Shown here piece after piece: positions 1 through 7,581 of a stretch of DNA of 12,148 nucleotides. Source of the DNA: Rhodothermales bacterium (GTDB taxonomy: Bacteria > Bacteroidota > Rhodothermia > Rhodothermales > VXPQ01); contig JBBDTI010000009.1 in assembly GCA_040904565.1 (NCBI GenBank), positions 1 through 12,148 of the forward strand, written 5' to 3'. Position 1 is the stretch's first letter, and each line of letters starts with the position of its first letter. The notes under the pieces were generated by a model that saw only the letters and a program-made list of their open reading frames with translations, made no database searches and was not told where the DNA came from. Both the position numbers and the translations under genes were made by a program.

Positions 1-39
1 ACGATGCGCTTTTCGCTCCTGCTCAATTTCCTGAGATAA
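1..39 (+). CDS. 3' end of an upstream gene, probably a PorV-family T9SS outer-membrane barrel (partial)
   Basis: Frame 1 reads TMRFSLLLNFLR-TAA (stop 37-39), resembling the terminal strand motif (N)T[LM]RFSL..F of Bacteroidota PorV proteins. The next gene carries a T9SS CTD. Only 12 codons are visible. Confidence 0.45.
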   Translation, partial: TMRFSLLLNFLR

Positions 40-111
40 GTGGTATCGATTCCGGTTCGGTCTTCGGGCAGACGTACATCGGTTCATCCAAGAAGACCGT
101 ACTGGACGGGA

Positions 112-3100
112 ATGAATAGCATCGGCGAACGAAACGTGACGCGCGGCCGGAGGCGGGTCTTCACGTGCGGCCTCGCGGTCGGCGTGGCGGCGCTGCTCCT
201 CGCGTCGGTCTGGACGGTCGACGCTCTCGCGCAGAATGGATCCAGTGCCGCTCCGGAGGTGCGGGGCCTCCGCTACGTCGACACCGGGCGCTCCACGTCG
301 AGATCGACACCACCGCTCCGTCGGCCGGCCGCGGCGTCCTACGACGTGGTCGCGCTGCGCGTCGAGTTTCAGGCGGACACGACCCGTTTTACGACGGGGG
401 ACGGGACGTTCTCCGGAGATCTGTACGGCGGACTCGAACCGTCCGTCGATCCGCTTCCCCACGATGCTTCGTATTTCCAGGCGCACCTCGATTTTCTGGA
501 GCATTATGTGGCGCGGGTGTCGGACGGCCGGACGGTCGTGCGGACCCACCTCATCCCGGATGTCGTCACGCTTCCGAAGAAGATGGGCGAGTATGCGCCG
601 ACCGGCGAGGCGTCGGATAGTGACGCCGAGCGGGCGAAGCTCGCGCGGCTGATCTTCGATGCGTGGACGCAGGCCGACGGGGAGTCGGATTTCGACATGA
701 GCGGCTTCTCGCCGGACCGAACGGCGTTCGTGCTCTTTCACGCCGGCGTGGGGCGCGACGTAGAGCTGATCGGGACAACCCTTGATAAAACCCCCGAAGA
801 CCTGCCGTCGATCTATTTCGGAGCGGAAACGCTGGCGCGCTTAGGGGCCGCCGGTGCTCGCTTCAACGGGATGCCGGTCGGACATTCCATGATCGTACCT
901 CGGACGGAGACGCGGCTGGGAACCGACTTCATCGCGGACCGGCCCTTCCTGCTCGAGCTTTCCATCAACGGCATGCTGGCGGCGAGCTTTTTTAATTATC
1001 TCGGTGTCCCCGATCTGTTCGATGTCACCACGGGACGGAGCGCCATTGGACCGTTTGGATTGATGGATGCGCAGGGCATCTTTGCGTATGCCGGATTGTT
1101 TCCGCCCGAGCCGATGGCGTGGACGAAGTATTATCTGGGGTGGACGGATCCCGTGGATCTCGGCGGAAACGGTCCGGATACGCTCCACCTGTCCGCGGCC
1201 TCGTTGCCGGACGCGTCGGCGACGGCCCGGGCGCTCGTGTCGGATGCCGAATATTTTATGATAGAGAACCGGTATCGGGACCCGGAAGGGGACGGCCTGA
1301 CGATACAGGTGTGGAAGGACGGTGCCGTCACGGTGCAGCACGTCGAAAATGGGGACGAAACGTTCAATGGCAGTGTTATCAGTGGATTCTCGGGCGGGGT
1401 GGTCGTGGGCGTCGACAACTACGACTGGGCCCTTCCGGGCGGTCTGGATGCGGACGACAATGTTTTGAACGGAGGGATCCTCGTGTGGCACGTCGACGAG
1501 CGACGGATGCGGTTGGGGCTTGCCGAGAATGCCGTAAATACCGGGGCGCGCCGCGCCGTCGATCTGGAAGAGGCGGACGGTGCGCAGGACATCGGCATGC
1601 CGTCGGACAATCCGTTCGCTCCGCGGGCCGACCTGGGCACGCCGTTCGATTTCTTTTACGCCGGCAATCCTGTGGTCGTGGAAACGCCCGGCGGTCGCGA
1701 AATCCGCCTCTACGAAAACCGGTTCGGTCCGTCGACCTATCCTTCCAGCGAGACGAACGCCGGCGGTCCCAGCTTCGTCGTGCTGGAGGACTTTTCCGAG
1801 CCCGGGGCCGAGATGTCGTTCGTATACCGACTGGAGGGCGAATCAGGTATCGTACCGGTGCAATCGGACAGCCTGGACGCGCTGCAGGAGCTGCTTCGGG
1901 CTGCGGGGACGGGGCTCGGTCCGGCCTCGTCGATCGTCGAGGCCGGCGGCGCGACCGTCGTATACGATCCCGTGCGAGAGACCGCCTTCGTCTCCGGTAC
2001 GCCCGCCGCGGCCTATCCGTCGCTCACCCATCCCGTCGTCGATGAGGCGCTCGTGCATCTTCATCGTGTGCAGGGTAGTGGGACGGCGCTCAGCGCCGTG
2101 GACCTGAAGACGCACGACACCGAATGGACGACACCGTTGCCCGGCGACGTCGACGGGATGCGCCCGGTGAGTCCGCTCGTGCGGACGCGCGCCGGCGGGT
2201 CGGATACGTTTCACGTCATCCTGGAGGGAGGAGGCAGGCGATCGCTCGTATCGGTATCGGCATCCGACGTGCTGGTCCGGTCCACCGGATCGACGGGTGC
2301 GCCGCAGCAACTCGCCGTCGTCGGCGGGGACCCGCTCCTGGTCGTCGGCGCTACCGGCGCGGGGTATCCCGGGGAGGACCCGCTGTGGACGTACGATCCA
2401 ATCGAAGCATCGGGCCGGCCCGCGTTCGGTATGGAGTCAGGTGGACTCCTCGGCGTCGTGCCGATCCCTCTGGAGGACCGGCTGCGCCTGCTGCTGCCGG
2501 AGGGGCAGGTACTCGACGTGGATGTACGTGCTGCGGCGCATCGGCTTGGCCGCGAAGCCGGCGGCGATCTGTCGTCCTTTCCCGTGCTGACGGACCTGGA
2601 CGGCGACGGGCGGCTCGACGTGCTCGTGGCACACGGCCCGGAGCTATTTGCCTTCACGCAGTCCGGCGCCGTCGTAGAGAATTTCCCTGTAGGCGTCGGC
2701 GCACCGCAGATCGGTCAGCCCCTCCTCGTGCGCCGCTCCGGCAGTGACGCCCCGGCGATCCTGGTCGGTGCCGTGGACGGATACCTGTACGGGTTTGACG
2801 CGGACGGGCGCCGGCTTGCCGGATTTCCGCTCGAGGTCGGCGACGTGGTCTCGTCGACGCCCTTCGCCGGTGCAAGGCGGATCGCGGCCGTCTCCGGATC
2901 GGGAACCGTCAAGGCCTGGCGATGGGAGTATGGGGAGGATGCGGAGTGGGGGCAGCTCTTTCGCGACCCCGGTCATTCGAGCTTTTCGGTATGGAGCGCC
3001 CCCGACGAACCGGCTGCATATGAGTCACTCATAGATCGGCGCGAGACCTACAACTGGCCGAACCCGATCCAGGATGGATTGACCCACCTCCGTATTCGCA

Positions 3101-3315
3101 CTCGGGAGTCCGCCCGGGTAGAAATAACCATCGTGGATGGGGGCGGCTCTCTCGTGGAAGAAATGGACATGGGCGTCGTCGACGGCGGCGTGCCGACCGA
3201 AACCGTCTGGCAGTCGTCCGGCGCACAGAGCGGCCTCTATTTCGCACGATTTACCGCCACCACCTCCAAGGGGGATCGCGAAACCATGCTCGTAAAGATG
3301 GCGGTGATACGATGA
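112..3315 (+). CDS. Secreted T9SS type A sorting-domain protein with a degenerate M6 (immune inhibitor A-like) metallopeptidase domain and FG-GAP/VCBS-like repeats
   Basis: ORF 40-3315. ATG 112 is preferred (GTG 136 possible) because it gives a signal peptide: RGRRR, hydrophobic core, ALA|Q. M6-type motifs: HAGVG, LGVPDLFD, FGLMD (Met-turn), PPEPMAWTKYYLGW, EYFMIENR, GILVWHVD, VDLEEADG. Ca-loop DLDGDGRLD at 2593-2619 and repeated NFPV/GFPL motifs. C-terminal YNWPNP...SGLYF...KMAVIR from 3049 is typical of a T9SS type A CTD. Confidence 0.85.
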   Translation: MNSIGERNVTRGRRRVFTCGLAVGVAALLLASVWTVDALAQNGSSAAPEVRGLRYVDTGRSTSRSTPPLRRPAAASYDVVALRVEFQADTTRFTTGDGTFSGDLYGGLEPSVDPLPHDASYFQAHLDFLEHYVARVSDGRTVVRTHLIPDVVTLPKKMGEYAPTGEASDSDAERAKLARLIFDAWTQADGESDFDMSGFSPDRTAFVLFHAGVGRDVELIGTTLDKTPEDLPSIYFGAETLARLGAAGARFNGMPVGHSMIVPRTETRLGTDFIADRPFLLELSINGMLAASFFNYLGVPDLFDVTTGRSAIGPFGLMDAQGIFAYAGLFPPEPMAWTKYYLGWTDPVDLGGNGPDTLHLSAASLPDASATARALVSDAEYFMIENRYRDPEGDGLTIQVWKDGAVTVQHVENGDETFNGSVISGFSGGVVVGVDNYDWALPGGLDADDNVLNGGILVWHVDERRMRLGLAENAVNTGARRAVDLEEADGAQDIGMPSDNPFAPRADLGTPFDFFYAGNPVVVETPGGREIRLYENRFGPSTYPSSETNAGGPSFVVLEDFSEPGAEMSFVYRLEGESGIVPVQSDSLDALQELLRAAGTGLGPASSIVEAGGATVVYDPVRETAFVSGTPAAAYPSLTHPVVDEALVHLHRVQGSGTALSAVDLKTHDTEWTTPLPGDVDGMRPVSPLVRTRAGGSDTFHVILEGGGRRSLVSVSASDVLVRSTGSTGAPQQLAVVGGDPLLVVGATGAGYPGEDPLWTYDPIEASGRPAFGMESGGLLGVVPIPLEDRLRLLLPEGQVLDVDVRAAAHRLGREAGGDLSSFPVLTDLDGDGRLDVLVAHGPELFAFTQSGAVVENFPVGVGAPQIGQPLLVRRSGSDAPAILVGAVDGYLYGFDADGRRLAGFPLEVGDVVSSTPFAGARRIAAVSGSGTVKAWRWEYGEDAEWGQLFRDPGHSSFSVWSAPDEPAAYESLIDRRETYNWPNPIQDGLTHLRIRTRESARVEITIVDGGGSLVEEMDMGVVDGGVPTETVWQSSGAQSGLYFARFTATTSKGDRETMLVKMAVIR

Positions 3316-6300
3316 CCCGTTTCGAATCACATCTGATACAATTGGTCGTCGTGCTCGTAACGATTGCGGCCGGTACGATGGCCGGTCCGGCCGTCCACCG
3401 AGCCGACGCGCAGGTCTCCCCCGACGCCTACGACTTTGCGCGTCCGACCCTCGAGTGGTTCACGATCGAAACCGAGCATTTCAACGTCGTCTTCCACCAC
3501 GATACTACCGGAGAAGGAAGCAGCCGCACGGGACAGGTCGTCGCTCGCATCGCCGAAGAAGTATATGAACCTATTACTTCACTATACGACTACGTACCCA
3601 ATGACAAGATAACAGTAGTACTTAAAGACTTCGAGGATTACTCGAACGGTGCGGCTTACTTCTTCGACAACAAGATAGAGATATGGGCGCCCGCACTCGA
3701 TTCGCCGTTGCGTGGTGAGCACAACTGGCTCCGCAACGTAATTGCGCACGAGTTCACGCATATGGTGCAGGTACAGAAATCGATGAAGGCCGGGCGACGC
3801 GTGCCCTTTCTCTACGTTCAGTATCTGGACTACGAGGACGTTCGGCGGCCGGACGTTCTGTACGGATATCCGAATGTGATCGTCACGTATCCCATGCCCA
3901 CGTTGAACAATCCGGCGTGGCTGGCGGAGGGGACGGCCCAGTATCAGCGCGCGTATATGAGCTACGATGCGTGGGATTCGCATCGCGACATGGTGCTGCG
4001 AACGCGCGTACTGGCGGGCGAGGAACTATCGCTCGCTGAGATGGGCGGATTCTATTCTCATTCCAGCCTGGAACGAGAGGCCGTATACAATCAGGGGTTT
4101 GCCTTCACGCAGTACCTCGCCCGACGGTACGGGGAAGACGTTCTGCGGCGCATCACGGACCATCTTGGCGCGTGGCGCAATCCAAACGTCGACCGTGCGA
4201 TTCGGGATGCGACGGGCGATGACGTCGCCGACGTCTATGCCGACTGGATCGGGCAGCTTCGCGGCGAATACGAGGCGCGTGTCGGTCCGATCCGTGACCG
4301 GCAGGTAGCCGGACGGCTGATAGAAGATGCCGGGTTCAGTAACTTCCATCCCCGCTTTTCACCGAACGGGCGCCGGCTGGCCTACGTCTCGAACAAGGGC
4401 GAAGACTTCAACCTGATGTCGCTGTACGTCGTCGACGTCGAGACGGGAGAGGAGCTGTCATACGCGATCGACGGTCTGGATGGAGGCGAGGCGACGTACG
4501 TGTGCTCGTTCGGGTACGAACACAAGATACGCTCCGGCGTCGGCGGCTCGGTCACCTGGCATCCGGCCGGCAAACAACTCGTATACGCGCGCACGAAGAC
4601 CACGCCCGAGGGCTTCAGGTATTCCGACCTGTACCGATTCGACCTGGAGGCGGAAGAGGAGATGCGGCTCACCCACGAGGCGCGTGCATTTTCGCCGGCA
4701 TATGGACCGGACGGTACCCGGATCGCCTTCACGGGGCAGTCGGACGGCACCACGAACCTGTTCCTTTTCGAGGTGGAGACGGAATCCGTCCGCCGGCTCA
4801 CGTCTTTCGACGACGGGACGCAGATAGCGGACCCGGCGTGGCATCCGGAGGGGCGGTGGATCTACGTCTCGCGGTCCGGGGAGCGCGCCCGCGATCTGTA
4901 CCGCGTCGACGTAGAGAGCGGCGCGATGGAGCCCGTCCTGGTGACGGAGGCGGACGAGCGGTCTCCGGCGTTCGATGCGGACGGATCTGCACTGCACTAC
5001 GCCTCCGACCGCTCGGGAATCTTCAACCTTTACCGCATGCCGGCGGGTAGGGAGGGGGATGCTTCGGAAATCGCTGCAGACGGCCACGAGCGACTGACCG
5101 ACGTGATCGGCGGCGCATTTATGCCGGATGTGTCGCAAGACGGGCGCCTGGCGTTTGCCCGCTTCGATTGGGACGGGTACAAGATCGTCGTCCTCGACGA
5201 CCCGACCGCGCTCCCGGGTCATCCAGCCACCTCCTACGAGCCACCGGATATTACCGTCAAGCAGGATCCCTCACCGACGGTTCCAGGCATCGGGTCGCAC
5301 GTGAATGCCTTCGATGACACGGATTTGCATCCGCTCGGGGCGGATGCGGTCACGCGCGTGCGGACGACCGGACGGTTTCCGCTGTCGGTCGGTCGCTCCG
5401 ACGGCCAGGGCGATGAAGAGGAAGGGCTGGCGGTCGAGAGATACAGCCCGCTGTTTACCTCCTTCAGCTTCTTCCCGGTGCTTCGGGTCGACAACTATGC
5501 GTCGCGCCGCGACCGGTCGCTCGAAGGACGCGTCATGAAGCGAACGCGCGCTGAAAACCTGTGGCGCAACACCAAGTTCGGCCTGTACGTCACCTCTCGT
5601 GAGATCCTCGAGCAGATGTCGTTGCTCGGCGGACTCATGGTCGGGCCGGGATCCCGAAGCGTCGACGGGCCGAGCGAATTCGTTGCACCGTCCAACCTGC
5701 TCAAGCTCGAACGAGACGCCTTTCTGTTGATCGACTACGGGCGGGGCTTCGGCGTCATCCCGCGGCGGTGGTCGCCGCAGATCTCCATCGAGCTTTACAA
5801 CATCCGGCGGAATGTGGAGGAAGGGCTGACGGTCGAGGAGTTTCCGTGCACGGCCTGTTACCCGGAGTCCACGCGGATCGACCTCGCCTACAGCCTGTGG
5901 GAGGCCGATCTCTACCTCCGCAGCAAGGTCTCCGAAACGCTGCTTCTGGAGGTGGGTTATCGGTACAGCCCTTACCGCGTCGTGACGGAGCGATTTTTCT
6001 CCAAGGAAGAGAACCAGTTCATCGGGGAGTCCGCTTCCCGGTACTTCATCGGACGGGCGTTTACAGCCGGCTCCTATTTCAAGTCGGAACAGCCACATCG
6101 AGACAGCGACGTACTACCCGAACAGATACGGGTCGACGCGCACTACGAGCTGGAAACCGGCCGCCTTCTGGAGCGATTCGACGTGGAGGACGGAATGCTC
6201 GTACCGACCTACAAGCGCAACCGCAACCACCGGGTCACGCTCGACGCTCGGGCTGGACTTCGGCTGCCCGGGCAGCGGCCGGGCGGTGCCCACGGTCTGT

Positions 6301-6776
6301 CCGTCCGAGCCCGGGGCAGCACGCTGCTGGGCGCCGACGTCGACGATTTCTATAACGATTACGTGGGCGGCCTCGTAGGCGCGCGCGGCTATCCCTTCTA
6401 CGCGCTCGGCGGTAACGAAACCTTGTGGTTTCAAGCCGCCTATCATTTCCCTGTCCTGCCCGATATTTCGAAACAGGTGCTGTTCGCGTACGTCGACAAG
6501 CTCTACGGCCGCGTGTACGCGGACGCTGCGATGGCGTGGGCGGGATCCTGGCCGGGCTTCGGCGAGGTGCGGCGCGATGCTGGCGCGGAGCTTCGACTCG
6601 TGCTCGGCTCATTCTATCTGATGCCGACCGCGCTGTTCGTCAGCGCAACGTACGGCATGGATTCCTTCGATGTCGAGCTGGGTGAAGGATTCCTGACGCC
6701 TGACGGCAGCAGCACGGTCCGCTACGGAGACGAACTTCTGTGGCACTTCGGGATACTCTTTGATTTCGAGCTGTGA
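3312..6776 (+). CDS. Outer-membrane protein: gluzincin (peptidase MA-like) domain + PD40/TolB-like beta-propeller + Omp85 (BamA/TamA-like) barrel
   Basis: 1154 aa, ATGA overlap with the upstream stop, signal peptide ending ADA|Q. HEFTH at 3747-3761 and WLAEGTAQY (E at 3927). Six PD40-like repeats: FSPNGRRLAY, WHPAGKQLVY, YGPDGTRIAF, WHPEGRWIY, FDADGSALHY, VSQDGRLAF. C-terminal GGLVGARGYP..GGN (VRGF-like, 6366-6416), YADAAMAW, RRDAGAELRL and terminal strand WHFGILFDFEL. Confidence 0.85.
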   Translation: MTRFESHLIQLVVVLVTIAAGTMAGPAVHRADAQVSPDAYDFARPTLEWFTIETEHFNVVFHHDTTGEGSSRTGQVVARIAEEVYEPITSLYDYVPNDKITVVLKDFEDYSNGAAYFFDNKIEIWAPALDSPLRGEHNWLRNVIAHEFTHMVQVQKSMKAGRRVPFLYVQYLDYEDVRRPDVLYGYPNVIVTYPMPTLNNPAWLAEGTAQYQRAYMSYDAWDSHRDMVLRTRVLAGEELSLAEMGGFYSHSSLEREAVYNQGFAFTQYLARRYGEDVLRRITDHLGAWRNPNVDRAIRDATGDDVADVYADWIGQLRGEYEARVGPIRDRQVAGRLIEDAGFSNFHPRFSPNGRRLAYVSNKGEDFNLMSLYVVDVETGEELSYAIDGLDGGEATYVCSFGYEHKIRSGVGGSVTWHPAGKQLVYARTKTTPEGFRYSDLYRFDLEAEEEMRLTHEARAFSPAYGPDGTRIAFTGQSDGTTNLFLFEVETESVRRLTSFDDGTQIADPAWHPEGRWIYVSRSGERARDLYRVDVESGAMEPVLVTEADERSPAFDADGSALHYASDRSGIFNLYRMPAGREGDASEIAADGHERLTDVIGGAFMPDVSQDGRLAFARFDWDGYKIVVLDDPTALPGHPATSYEPPDITVKQDPSPTVPGIGSHVNAFDDTDLHPLGADAVTRVRTTGRFPLSVGRSDGQGDEEEGLAVERYSPLFTSFSFFPVLRVDNYASRRDRSLEGRVMKRTRAENLWRNTKFGLYVTSREILEQMSLLGGLMVGPGSRSVDGPSEFVAPSNLLKLERDAFLLIDYGRGFGVIPRRWSPQISIELYNIRRNVEEGLTVEEFPCTACYPESTRIDLAYSLWEADLYLRSKVSETLLLEVGYRYSPYRVVTERFFSKEENQFIGESASRYFIGRAFTAGSYFKSEQPHRDSDVLPEQIRVDAHYELETGRLLERFDVEDGMLVPTYKRNRNHRVTLDARAGLRLPGQRPGGAHGLSVRARGSTLLGADVDDFYNDYVGGLVGARGYPFYALGGNETLWFQAAYHFPVLPDISKQVLFAYVDKLYGRVYADAAMAWAGSWPGFGEVRRDAGAELRLVLGSFYLMPTALFVSATYGMDSFDVELGEGFLTPDGSSTVRYGDELLWHFGILFDFEL

Positions 6777-6825
6777 CTTCGAACAGTAATTTCGAACAGT
6801 GACTTCGAACTTTGACTTCGAACAG
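6761..6825. repeat. 13-bp tandem repeat, 5 copies, consensus TGACTTCGAACAG
   Basis: Units: TGATTTCGAGCTG (6761), TGACTTCGAACAG (6774), TAATTTCGAACAG (6787), TGACTTCGAACTT (6800), TGACTTCGAACAG (6813). Confidence 0.95.
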
Positions 6826-6836
6826 TGGCCGCGTAC

Positions 6837-6867
6837 ATCGGCAAGCCGTCCAGGTAGGACGGCCGAT
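6837..6867 (+). other. Intergenic stem-loop without a U-tract
   Basis: GCCGTCC (6845-6851), loop AGGTA, GGACGGC (6857-6863). Extendable by ATCG/CGAT across a GCAA bulge. Confidence 0.5.
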
Positions 6868-6897
6868 TAGACCATCACACGATCCGACGAGTCTGTC

Positions 6898-7581
6898 ATG
6901 AGCTTCGCATTAGCCTACTTCGCCGCGTTCTTCATGATCGCGCTTGCCTCCGGGTTCCTGGTCTACCTCTACCGGAAAACGGGGACGTTACTCCCTTCCG
7001 GCGTGTCCGAGCGGCTGGGATCCCTGCTCTCGATGGCGTTGATGCTATCGGCCGGACTCCTGCTCTTTGTCACGTATCGCGTCGATACGGGTCAGGGATT
7101 CACGACGCCGCAGGGCCCGCGCCTGACGCAGGAGGAGCTCGGCGCGCCGGCGCCGGATTTCACCTTTACGCACGTTGAGACGCAGGAGACGGGACGACTG
7201 TCCGATTACCGGGGGCGCGTCGTGCTGATCAACTGGTGGGCTACCTGGTGCGCCCCCTGCCTCGAGGAGCTGCCCGCTCTGAACGAGCTGCAGCGCAAGT
7301 ATGCGGATCAGGGCCTGACCGTGCTGACGATCTCCGACGAGTCCAGGGCGACGCTCGTGGATTTCGAGAACGACCTTCCTCTCGAAACCGTGGCCGGCTA
7401 CGTGGTTGGCGATGCCGACCTTCCCGATCCGTTTCGCCGGACACTTCAGATTCGCCCAACGAGTTACGTGATCGACCGCGACGGCATCATTCGCGATTTC
7501 GTCCTCGGTGCGCAGGATCTTCCAACCTTCGAGCGTATGATTTCTCCCTACATCAGACAGTCGCTCGCGCTTCGCCGATGA
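6898..7581 (+). CDS. Membrane-anchored TlpA/ResA-family thiol:disulfide oxidoreductase
   Basis: Two N-terminal hydrophobic helices, then APDFTF...LSDYRGRVVLINWWATWCAPCLEELP (CAPC at 7249-7260) and the cis-Pro loop IRPTSYVIDRDG. Confidence 0.92.
   Translation: MSFALAYFAAFFMIALASGFLVYLYRKTGTLLPSGVSERLGSLLSMALMLSAGLLLFVTYRVDTGQGFTTPQGPRLTQEELGAPAPDFTFTHVETQETGRLSDYRGRVVLINWWATWCAPCLEELPALNELQRKYADQGLTVLTISDESRATLVDFENDLPLETVAGYVVGDADLPDPFRRTLQIRPTSYVIDRDGIIRDFVLGAQDLPTFERMISPYIRQSLALRR

Noticed and set aside
40-111. GTG 40 as start of the first large ORF
   Set aside because: It is simply the first codon after the upstream in-frame stop, and it would give an over-long n-region before the signal peptide.
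4310-5200. Calling the second gene tolB
   Set aside because: The propeller is embedded between a peptidase domain and a barrel, and there is no tol-pal context.
6761-6825. CRISPR interpretation of the repeat
   Set aside because: Units are 13 bp and contiguous, with no spacers and no cas genes.
6837-6870. Intrinsic terminator call for the hairpin
   Set aside because: No U-tract on either strand.
7236-7577. N-terminal extension of the 493-aa ORF
   Set aside because: It overlaps the thioredoxin gene in another frame and has Arg-rich shadow composition. The ATGA overlap at 7578 gives a better start.
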